Shown here: positions 11,026-22,349 of the stretch, one piece after another | Layout of the letters: every line of letters begins with the position of its first letter | Numbering within the stretch: the first letter of the stretch is position 1 | DNA from: Haliotis rufescens | Taxonomy: Eukaryota | Direction: 5' to 3' | Assembly: GCF_023055435.1 (NCBI RefSeq) | Contig: NW_025964334.1 | Coordinates: 61,194,001 to 61,258,000 of the forward strand | DNA: 64,000 nt | Translations under genes and position numbers: made by a program | The notes under the pieces: model-generated | Told to the model about the DNA's origin: nothing | Databases searched by the model: none | The model's input: only the letters and a program-made list of their open reading frames with translations

Positions 11026-13625
11026 CGATGACATCTTTGATGCAGGTGACAACCCGCCCTCTCCCGGAACCGGACGTGCCGCCCTCTTGGAGGCAGGCGC
11101 ACGGCTCCCGGAACCGGATGTGACGTCCTCTTGGAGGCATGCACACGCCTCCCGGATGTGACGTCCTCTTTGAAACGCACGCCTCCCGGAACCGGATGTG
11201 GCGCCCTTTTCCGGTAAGGGGGAGATAACCCACTTCCGGTAGGGGAGATAACTCCTGATGGCTTGGCTACCAAAGCACTGTCCAATACTACCGTTGTTTT
11301 ATACATGATTTATCACATATTTGTAAATTTGCAAAAGGTGATGATAAAAGTAAGTGAAATATAAAACAAAATGTTAACCCAGAAATCTTTACGTAAGCGA
11401 ATTTAATGTGAAACCAACAAACAACCAACAAATGGTATACAATCAACAATATACTACCACATTAATTAGGTTTATAAATCAATACAAATAACTGAACTGC
11501 AACTAAAATTGCAGTACACAAGTACACAACAGAATCTTCAGACGATAAACAGTGGCACTATATAATATGACGACAGTGGTCAGAATCAAATACGATATTT
11601 CTACAGGGTGCCAGATCAGTCCAGTGTCACTTGAACATCACAAAATAGTCTACACTGTTCCCTAAGTTTACATATCACGCTAGCATCTAAATATAGTAAC
11701 TTCCTAACCACTGCTACACTTAATACTACTACATTCCTGACAACTAATCAATGTCCAAATACAAGACAATAAGCTTCCACCGAATCTCAACAGAAACAAT
11801 GTAATACAATTAAAATCACTGTTTAACAATAAAATACACTGCCATATAACAATAAAAAGAAAACATGCACTTGCTTGTGTATTTGCATGTGTGATGAACC
11901 TGTGTGGTGTCTTGTATTTCATTTTATTCTCCATCAACATTCGGGGAAGGGACATGCAGCAGATGCTAATGTATTGATGTTTAGCATGATGCTCACAACG
12001 AACACCACGTGCAACAAACTATATTAGGTGTCTCATATTCTTTTTATTCATGCTTATTAGCTACACTACAGGAGACATACCATGGGTCATTTTAAGATTA
12101 TTTGTGTTCAGTATATGTTATAAACTTAAACATAGTTGTCTTTGAAAAAAACCCAGCCTTCCATTAGGGTGTACCAGTAGGTGTAGGAAGGACGTACCAG
12201 TTAATGAGGTTACTGTTATGTTTATTTAAAACACATGTGTGATGTCATTCTATTGTTTGAACGCTCCATTATTTTTCAGGAATGAAGAGTTGTTTGTCAA
12301 CAATACGTTATCTTGAACCAACATTTGTAACAATGTCCACTTGGAATAGACGGAACTATTTTTTACATTTATTGACAAGTAAATAATTTCATTTCTTTCC
12401 AAAACATGTGTCGCCAGCAGGGTTCGAACCAGCATCGTTTGATTTGAGAACGTGAAATTGCCAACCTTAGCTACGGCGTCACATGAATGTATAGGGTGAA
12501 ATTAACTATTAAATATTTTCATAATTTTGCATAATGCTTAAAATCTCAAAATAATATGTATATAATTTGTGTTAGAGCAGGTTACTTACAACGATGTTCA
12601 TATTTATAGCAATTAGATAAACCTTTCACGAGAACGCATTCAGAAAACGCATTCCTCGATGCAAAGACGACTCACGCAGTATAAATACAGACAACAAAGA
12701 GTTCTGGTATATTTTTCAAATATTTTCTACAGCAGAATATTTTGTCAAAGTGTAAAGTAGTGATGAGTTTTAAGTAGGGGAATATCCTCGTAACTCGAGT
12801 TACTCGAACATTCCCCTCTACTTAAGCATTGGTTGCTGGTAATAGTTTGTGTTGTAGCAATACTCGTCATAATATCATTTTGCCATATGTGAAGAAATAT
12901 ATTCTACTGACAAACGATATCTTGTGTTGACGTAATGTCGCGTCTGTTTGACGGCACCAAACACATCGTTTTTTGTGTCGTCCCCAACACCGGCCGCGTT
13001 GTTGGAAAAAGGTCGCCCTATCTCATCACACTTCCACCAGAAAACTGGTAACGTGTGAATAGGGTATGATCGCTGACCCTAGTTTGGAGTGTAACTTTGA
13101 CATACTGATCAGTGTTCAGTCACGGCCAGCTTTGCATGTCTACAAGTACGAAATCGCGATACATGACGGTCCTCAATTTGTTTTACTTTGTCCCGGTTTC
13201 TCCTCGGGCCTGATTAATCAAATTGTTGAACATCTACCTATTCATTCTCAACCATAACATGTTTACTTCCTAGAATGCTGTATCGTGTAAACAAGCACAC
13301 TGATGTCAATACCGAAACTACTGTGCACTTCTTACTTCCTCTACGACAGGAAGATGTCACGTGTCACGTGTACTCCACAGGAGGAAGATGAAAATGACGC
13401 ACAAATGAGTAACTTCACATTTAGCTGATAACTGTTAGCGAAAAAGGTAAGTTTAAATGAGCTTTTGAAACACATATTTCTAAGTGACCTGAAAGCTGAT
13501 TCTCTGGTGTACAAAATCCAATGGATTAAATATGACCATACCACCACGAGACAAATTATTCTAACAGTCTCACCTATTCTTCTCAATGGCAGAAAACAAC
13601 CTATAAAGTTTGTGAATAGACAAAA

Positions 13626-14560
13626 ATGAATGATACTGGCATATTTATTCTTCTTGATAAGAAACTATTTAACTTTCAGGAAGATATATTATTTTCAACC
13701 TGGTGTAATAATCCTGTAAGAAAGTGCACTAATGGTATAATACTCCGTCAGAATGATGTGCTTGATGTCCTCTGTCAGTGTAACGATGTTTACATAATGT
13801 CTTATGGCGACCTTTATTCCCGTATCAGCACAGAAGCTGATTTTGTAGAAGATGACATTCTTGAACACTTCCACGGCCAGGATAATAACATGTAGGATTT
13901 TTTACTTGATCATTTGAACTCAGAAAGATTTTTCGAAGATTCGGGAATAAATAACTTTGGCAAATGTTTGTAAGATATGTGTCGTATTTTTGAATATTCA
14001 TAGTTTGGATGGAAGACATGGTACAGATACTGGTATTGGAGATTTCACATTTATTGGAAATCAGGGCGCCAATGTGGTTGACTATGTAATCAGATCAAAT
14101 GGCTTGTTTGATAAATGTGAAAGTTTTAAAACAGCGTCTCGCACCGTGTCGTCACATGTTCCAGTCACCACTGGATTACGTACGCAAAACTAACTTGATG
14201 ATGATTAATCATCAAATAGACAGCCTCGGAACAAGATTAAAATCGAAGATGGGTTCCAACATTTTCAAAAAATATTCTCTTATCCGAATGATAGGAACCC
14301 AGATGATTTTGGGATGTTTAATTTCGACGATAATCATTCCAAAAAGGTGACAACAGACAATGCCAATTCTCCAATTACCAAGAAAGACAGTTTTGATAGT
14401 ATTACACACTCAAAGAACAATAAGACATCAGGTGTGGATAAAGTTATTTAAGAATTATATCGGTTCGAACTCGAACGAATTTTTTTCTTTCCTGAGAATT
14501 GGTCACTTGGCTTTATTATTCCGCTTCACAATCAAGGAATTGTGAGTGATACAAATAACT
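13626..14560 (+). mobile_element. Decayed LINE (APE endonuclease region); mirror copy ~31850-32790 (-)
   Basis: GDFNS (copy B)/GDLYSR, GDFTFIGNQGANVVDYVI and SHVPV motifs. Confidence 0.75.
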
Positions 14561-14719
14561 TGGGAATTGAGGAATTGCACTTTTGATATCTTCCTCACAA
14601 TTCTTAGCTGAACACTCTGTAAATGTGTAAATGTTCATTTTCCATGCCATGAAACTTAGAGAGCATGCGCTTACTCAACGACTTGATGTTATTTAACAGT
14701 TACCATGGCTATTGATGTA

Positions 14720-15704
14720 AACTCTTCAAAAAAAGAGTGTACCTAATAAAGGCGCTCTATTTAATTTAATATCAAAGAAACAAATATGAAAATTTGGAGC
14801 TCGATAGTCACATATTGTCGTTGTACAAAGGCATTGAAAACTGTCAAATAAGGCAACAAGGTGGCGCTGAACTCAGTATCTCGTGTGACTGCACCGGGCA
14901 GCAATGGCGGCTCTGCATCTCTTTGGCACTGACTGAATAAGTGTACGAATTCTGTCCTATGGAATTCTGCGACATTCTGTTTGTAACGCGTTGGCCAGTT
15001 GAGGGAGTGTCTGCGGCGTGTTCTGACATTGACGTACACGTCGATCGAGTTCATCCCAGAGATCTGGAGATCTCGATGGCCTAGGCAAGACGTGGATGTT
15101 GGCATTATGAAAATAGTCTACCGTGACACGAGTTGTGTGCCGTGGAGCATTGTTCTGGTGAAACAGCTCCCTCGTGTGGTCAATGATTGGAAGAAAGTGA
15201 GGTTAAAGAACTTAAAATTTCAAATCTCGTGGTGTAGGATATGGCCCCCCACACCATGACATTACCGCCACCTAAATTGTCGAATTCACGTACACAATGT
15301 GGGGTAAAACGCTCATTTCGATGACGAAAATCGTGATTCATCGCTAAACCACACTCGTCTCAAGTTTCTCAAATTTTCGAACTTGAAAAATGTTGACAAT
15401 TGAATAACAAATTATTGGCTTATGCTTGCCTTTTAATAGCCACTACCACGAGTTACGAATGCCATAACTTGCACGTGCATTTTGCTTCACTGTTTTCCTT
15501 CATGACATTTTTGAACAAGTGCGAAACAATTCCGTTTAAGACATTGCAAATCGACAAAAGCTGCGTTTTGACGCACGGTTTGTTGAATATCAGGCCACCA
15601 ACATTTTCCAATAACATATATCCAATTTATATACCGTTTTATTTTGTGTAGTGAGGTTCAGTGAACTACATACTACCTGTGCGTTTCTTTTTTTTTGAAG
15701 AGTG
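14720..15704 (-). mobile_element. Tc1-like element, internally deleted copy
   Basis: TA-flanked (A/C)ACTCTTCAAAAAAAGA TIRs; mirror of 30272-31716. Confidence 0.85.
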
Positions 15705-15777
15705 TATATTCTATTGTATATATTTTTTGTATACTTTTTATGCATGTACTATAAGCCTACGGCCTTCTCAGTATTTA

Positions 15778-15913
15778 NNNNNNNNNNNNNNNNNNNNNNN
15801 NNNNNNNNNNNNNNNNNNNNNNNNNNNNNNNNNNNNNNNNNNNNNNNNNNNNNNNNNNNNNNNNNNNNNNNNNNNNNNNNNNNNNNNNNNNNNNNNNNNN
15901 NNNNNNNNNNNNN
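15778..15913. other. Assembly gap (136 N)
   Basis: Run of N at the position corresponding to the (TCAA)n microsatellite at 30218-30263. Confidence 1.
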
Positions 15914-15962
15914 GATTGATTGACCACAATTCTTAGCTGAATGCTCTTCCTTCCAGACAATT

Positions 15963-18900
15963 ATGGCCCTCGCTGTGATTATGATTCTAATGTCCATAGC
16001 AGTTTTCACACAAGGTAAAACAATGAAGCTTGTGCCTCTAAATAATATCTTTTACATTGCCCTGATATTATGAATGATAATGATTTTCCTGGATTTGTCA
16101 TGTCCCACCATATGGGCTTGAACAGAGGACTTCCATACACTCGGCGACAGAACAAATAGCATCTAATGCTGGGGATCAAGCTGATAATGTTTCAACTTAC
16201 CTGGTCCAAACTTGATTGCTTACAGGACCCGGTGATTAAGCTGGAATATTGTTAACTGTGACATAAAACAACGCAAAGGTAGAATCAAACTATGAATTGC
16301 TTGCAATTACAAATATATTTTATAAACATGTAAATTATTAGTGCATGAGGTTTCAAGCATAAGTGAATATGGATGATTGACTAATTGCTCCAGTCCTGAA
16401 CAAGTGTTCAATGCCAGTTACACGTCCCCTCGCCAAACTGCACATACCACTTTGAGCCTTAGATCTCCGTGATCATCTTTCCACACAATCAAGTAACGTC
16501 AAGAGCATTCAAATACTATATTCCTATATCTTCCTGGTCATATATACATATTAAATATTATTTATGTGACCTTCAAAAGGCATTTTATTCCGCAGCCAAG
16601 TTATGTTTACATTTTACAGCAGCAGGGTGTCTGAAGGGTCATCAGTGTTCAAACTGTAGCAGTACAGGGGACTGCAAATCAAAATGCTTCGGGGGATATT
16701 TTGGTGTGACTTGCAAGACACGTTGCTCGAAAGGTTGCCTAAATGGTGCGTGCGAGACATCAGAGACAGGCATTGGTAGATGCGCTGAAGGATGTGTACC
16801 TGGTTTTCAAGGCACAGATTGCACAAGACCATGTGCGCGTCAAGAGGCCACATGTACCAAGTGTCAGTCTGAGTGTGACCAGGGCTACTGTCAGCTGACC
16901 TCATCCTGTGTGTCTGGCTGTGTGGACGGATACTACGGCTCTGACTGTAAGAACTGCTCCAACAGGTGTAAAACCTGCAACAGGATCACTGGCACATGTG
17001 ACAAGTGTTACCCACTATATACCGGCCCTGATTGTCATTTTTCAGGATTGTGTGAAGCCGGGTGTACGGAGGGATGTGGACGTCAATTAAGTGGTAGTTT
17101 CTGTGTTGAGGTGTGCAGTCATAATTGCAAGGTTCATACCAACATGAATGATACGACGAGATGCCTGCCCCCTGGCGTAAATGCGTCTCTGTATTGTACA
17201 TCTGAGTGTCACAACCAGAGTGGCGAGTGTCTCCATGGCTGTGTTGAAGGCTGGTATGGTCCAAGGTGCCTCTCTCCTTGCAATGCAGACTGTCGTGGTG
17301 GACGATGTGATGCTGCTGGCGTCTGTGTGGACGAATGTATCGCGCGATATTCTGGAGAGTTTTGTAATGACACATGTGAAATGTGTCGTGATGGGGTCTG
17401 TGATCAGAAGACTGGCACGTGCATTAATGGATGTGACGTCAGTAAACGTGGATGTGGAACGTCCTGTACCAGCAACTGTTCCAGGGATTATTGTATGAAT
17501 GAGACATGCTCAGGTAAAAACAACCATTAACATTCCTTCAGTCAGTGTGCCAGATAATTAGTACTTCGTAATTCATTATTGAACTTATTGCGATTACCAC
17601 TTGGGAAATTTCTAAATTGAAAAGACGAAATTATGAATATAATCAATATTAACCTTGACATCGTCAAAGAAGAAAATAATGTTATACGTTTTCTATTTAA
17701 AGAGTTTACACTCACCATTTCGCGAACACCTGGTGTCATCACTATTTGAATGTGATTCATAAAGCCATGCCCACAATATAGTCGAAATTGTGTAGTGGAT
17801 TCTGCTTTTAGAAGATGTTTCTTTTATTTACGAGCTTTTTCTGTGACTTCCAGGCAAAATATTTCTCCTATATATCCTCTCTCCCCATCCCTCTATGTTT
17901 ACCCTCACCCTTAAACACTTTTGTGTACGTCCTGGATTGATCAGCATTGCAAGTTTATAATTTCATCTATATCTATCATGTATAAACTATGATAAAATAT
18001 GCAACTTTTCGAGTCAGGAAACTCAGATCAGTTTAATTCAATTATATCCAGATCACCAGAATAATCTAGGCTGTTTGTCTGTCTGCCTCTTCGTGTGTTT
18101 GGTAGTATGGTCAATACAAAATAGTTTTTGTCACATTCTCACCACTCAACTTTTATGTCATCTAATAAAGGTGAGCTTCAGTACCTGGAGAACCTGGTTC
18201 CATCAGTGCTTCCTGCTTAGTTTATCCTATTCTACTCACCAGATGAAAAGCCTACTGGGATCAGTGGAAGTCCGCATGGTCTCATCATAGGACTACCATT
18301 AGCGTGTGTACTCTTTGTCCTGGCGATCCTGGTGTCAAACTATGTCTGTTACCGCAAAGGTCAGACCAAGCAAAGGTGAATTTGAGGGATGTGCGTGCTG
18401 TTTGAATGTTTTATCCACTGAAAGAATGTTACCTGCAGATTGTAAAGCGCTCAATTTAAATTGAAAACGTTGTATCAAACCTGGTGTATGAATAGTTTGC
18501 CTTCACTTCCTTCAGTGCAGATCCATGAGTATGCCCATGAAACTTTGTATGCCCACTGGAAACGGCAGAAAATCGAGACTGATTATTCTCGGGCGTTGAC
18601 GTTTTGAATTTAGATACATTGTCAAGTGGTATTCCTTTATTGACCACGGTGAAGCTAATTTTAGCCACCAAATAACAGAAAATATCCGGAAACTAAAGCT
18701 ATCAATCGTCCACAACAGTTTAACAGATAGCATTTCACCTACGAATTCGAATTCGAATTATAATAAAACATAGATGGGAAAGGGTGTCATTGTGTACGTG
18801 TAGGATAATGGTTACACTTATTACTGCTACTGACGTATTCGTCCTTCTAAGTTACATGTATCTATGTAACATTTCGAACTTGTACTAACCCTTTCTTGGT

Positions 18901-19417
18901 GCCCCTTGCCCTGATATGATGTACGACCTCAATGGATTGTTATCATAGTAGATGTGTCATTACCATAGATATAGTGTAAGATTCTTGACAATGAGCAATA
19001 TGCTTCCCTTTCTTCTTCGTTTGTTATTACAGAGAGAATTTGGCGGTTTGGGAGTGTAGCCCCGTTGTAGAGTACCAGTCGTGGCACATATACTCTGACA
19101 TAGAAGAGGGGCATTTGGACGCTAAGGAGCAAAATGAGGGCCAAGAGAACCTAGAAGATGAACCTGGTCTCGCCATGCCTGTCATAGCAGATGTCTTCGC
19201 CGTTGCTGCGCCAATTGTACACAGAAATGATGACATGTTATCAGAGAGTTCAGCATCATCCACTTCTCAATCCTACACCCACCTGATTCCTAAGGTGGTC
19301 ACTGATGACCCGGGGACAGTTGACAGTTACATATCACCAGTGGAAGAGTTGACCCCACACCCACCTGACCCTGACGTAGTCGCTGATGACCCGGTGACAG
19401 CGGACAGTCACCAGTAG
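15963..19417 (+). CDS. Type I membrane receptor with EGF/laminin-EGF-like Cys repeats (MEGF10/SCARF/Draper-like), copy A. Predicted exons 15963-16014, 16620-17513, 18243-18375, 19033-19417; 487 aa
   Basis: Exon 1 encodes signal peptide MALAVIMILMSIAVFTQ|G before a gtaaaa donor. Exon 2 (894 nt) encodes CxxGxxGxxC repeats. Exon 3 encodes TM GLIIGLPLACVLFVLAILVSNYVCY followed by RK. Exon 4 encodes an acidic Tyr-containing tail. All junctions are GT-AG with compatible phases (1,1,2); the total of 1464 nt is in frame. Confidence 0.85.
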
Positions 19418-19929
19418 AAGATACCTATATGGTATTTTGAGACATTTTCTTATGGTCATTGTCAGCGAACAACTTCCAACAGTTTCTAAGGGAACAATAC
19501 TTCTTGATGAAAAGCTAACATATTATAGCCAGAACATACATATACCAGTATCCCTGAAACAGGTAACCACAAGCACTAGTAAATAACAGCTCGGCAGATT
19601 TTACTGACTTTATTCGGACTTACGTCTACTCGTTGTGGCAGTTCTAAAACTAAAAGTGTATGTAACCTCACCAAAACATAATGCTTTTGCTTCCATCGTT
19701 TTAAATCTTGAACTTGTTTATCTATTTTTCTTGCTTGTAATTGTCAACCCCATACCCCCACCCCACAACATACATGACCTGTGACATAAGCTAATGAATC
19801 CTAGTGTACATGGACAGATATGAGCTCCATTTCGCCTCCAATGCAATATGTGTGCATGTAGATAATTAAGCTAAAATGCTTCAAATGAAATAAATAACGG
19901 GCCAGATGGTTGAATGTGCAACTCAGTTA

Positions 19930-20462
19930 TTGTTTGTTTGATGTGTTTGTCTTTGTTTAACGCCGCACTCAGCAATGTTCAAGCTCCATAACTGCGGTCT
20001 GCAAATAATCATGCTCTGGACCAGACAATCCAGTGACTGACATTATGATTTGGTTTGTTTGTTTGTTGTTTAACGCCGCACTCAGCAATATTTCAGCTAT
20101 ATGACGGCAGTCTGAAAATAATCGAGTCTGAACCAAACAATCCAGTGATTAATATCATGAGCATCGATCCACGCAATTGGGATACGATGACATGCATCAA
20201 CCAAGTCAGCGAGCCTGACCACCCGAGCCCGTTAGTAGCCTCTTATGACCAACATAGTCGGCTTTTACAGCAAGTATGGGTTGCTGAAGACCTATTGTAT
20301 TCCGGATCTTCAAGGTTCGACTAACATCATGAGCGTCAGTTCACACCATTGATGTACGATGACAGGTGTCAACTAAGTCAGCAAGCCTGACCACAATCAT
20401 AGTGTCCTTTTGCGGAGAGCATGGGTTGCTGAAGACCTATTCTAACTCGGATCTTCACGGGG
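19930..20462 (-). mobile_element. Cluster of nested/partial SINE copies (CCCGTGAAGATCC...AAACAAACAAAC family)
   Basis: Same family as 35378-35615 (+) and 58208-58503 (-). Confidence 0.8.
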
Positions 20463-21489
20463 GAACTCCAATAATGACAAAGCCTATGCTACATGTATCT
20501 ACCTTTGTATTGTAACGGAAAAAAGTAACCGTCCTTCAAACAAATTCAGTCAAACTACATCTTTTCTGAAATTAAATAATTAATCTTTAAATATATATTA
20601 AAAAGAGATATATCCTGGTGATTCACAATTTCAAAGTCTACGCCTCAGTGTGTATGCTGCAAGCAAGATAACTTGCCCATCTCTGGTCGTCCACGTGTAA
20701 CATCACGTCAACAAGACATCAACATTCGGTTGGTGCATTTACTCGGCAGATTCCTTGGTTAAGAATAACATTTGAATTCATCTTTTACAGGTAACCTAGC
20801 TCTACATTAAAAACACAATATGTTTATCTCCAAAATCAAATACAAGTGATCGTATATCTATAAGAAGTGAAAACATTTTTGTTTAGTACAATAGTGAGTG
20901 ACTGAGTGAGGTTTAAGCCGCTTTTAGCAATATTCCAGCAACATCACGGCGGGGGACACCAGAAAGGGGCTTCACACATTTAGTACAATAGAGAGGACGT
21001 TGTTTCAGAACAAGGATACATACTTCTTCATTACCAACTTCATGGGATATCTAAATATGCCCAAAGCCGTAACTAAACAGTACAATTCTAATATGAAATG
21101 CCCAATGTAAGTATTTCCCCTCACAGGGATGGTATAGCATTCTCTCACACTGATGCGGGTGTCTATATGTGGGCATTGATAAACCACGTAATATATACTC
21201 ACACGCAAAGGAAACGCAAGAGGTTTTAAGCAAATAGGTAACAAACACGGAACCATAAATTGATACGAGTTTTAGCAAGTAGTGAAGCCTGACGGTGGTA
21301 TCAATATTTTTGGTTGCATTTTGGAAGCCCCGAGTAAAAAAGCAACATAAAAAACGAATCGCCAAAACGCACCATTTCAATGAATATGTGGGTATCATGC
21401 ACCCATTTCTCGCGAAATCGAAAATGCACGAACTGTCACGAACTGTAGTGGGTATAAAACTGTGGCCGATTCTTGGACCTACCACTCCT

Positions 21490-22154
21490 TGGTCAACAAT
21501 GCACGCCTAAGTCAAATTCAGAGAAACCAGGCTATCGGACGTCATTTCAACGTCAACATAACCACAATTTACCGTTTCCTGCATCGATGCAATGCTACAC
21601 AGACCACAGATGACCTTCTTCGTAGCGGTCGTCCTAGGGTCACCACACCTCGACAAGATCGGCAGATTACCCGTCAACACCAGCGACATGGGCATTGTTT
21701 GGACTAAATGCGAGACTTGGACCCATGTGCTTTCTGAATGTTGGTCAAGGTCGGGGACACGGCGTCACTGCTAACACTGCGGTATTTCGACCAAGTGATC
21801 AGACCTGACGTTGTTCCATTTTTTGCTCAACATCAACAACACATTTTCCAGCAGGACAACGCTCGTCCCCATGTTGCCAGAGCTACCGTGGCCTTTCTGC
21901 AACAACATAATATCCGTGTTCTACCGTGGCCAGCTCTCAGCCCTGATCTGAACCCCATCGAACACTTGTGGGATGAGTTTCAAAGGCGTCTGCACAATGT
22001 GCGCCCAGTCCCTACAACTGGCGATGAACAACGCGCAGCTGCTCTGGATGTGTACAGGAAGATCCCTAGGGCCGTCACAAATCGTCTGATCCACTCAATG
22101 TACAGGAGATGTGTGGCAGGGATCAATGCTAATGGTGGTGACACCAGGTACTGA
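21490..22154 (+). mobile_element. Tc1-like transposase pseudogene (element ends not resolved)
   Basis: RSGRPRVTT, FQQDNARPHVAR, WPALSPDLNPIEHLW. Confidence 0.9.
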
Positions 22155-22349
22155 CCGACATTTTGGGTATTGACCCGAAACCGTGTAAGCCCTTAACATT
22201 GGAAAAAACCCCAATTATGTCATCTGCCTTTTAATCCATTAAACTGTCTTAAGTCAATTTTTTGTCAATCTTTTCCTATTAGTCTTTCTTGTCTTTACTG
22301 TTGAAAATAAATAACATGTATACTGCATATATATGATATAATATTTTGT

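Larger units (their letters stand above)
2605..11292 (+). mobile_element. Degenerate Polinton/Maverick (adintovirus-like endogenous virus), copy A, truncated at its left end
   Basis: Contains PZ-like, integrase-chromodomain, minor capsid, major capsid 3' part and BIR relics in one orientation. Ends in ...ATACTACC (11287-11292), a degenerate version of the AGTAGT terminus seen in copy B. Confidence 0.9.
2605..18500 (+). repeat. Left arm of large inverted segmental duplication (partner ~27520-42655)
   Basis: Collinear reverse-complement homology is visible throughout, e.g. paired ORFs 2657+/42611-, 11704-/34409+, 13341-/32843+, 16469+/28449-, 18075+/27729-. Homology fades at ~18500/~27520 and at ~2605/~42655. 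Confidence 0.95.

Noticed and set aside
10674-11306. Overlapping Pro/Gly/Glu-rich ORFs
   Set aside because: By-products of the (CCT)n tract; not conserved in the other arm.
19070-19105. ITAM in tail A (YQSWHIYSDI)
   Set aside because: The first motif is YxxW and the spacing is too short for YxxL/I-x6-8-YxxL/I. The TM also has no charged adaptor-binding residue, so an activating role is unproven.
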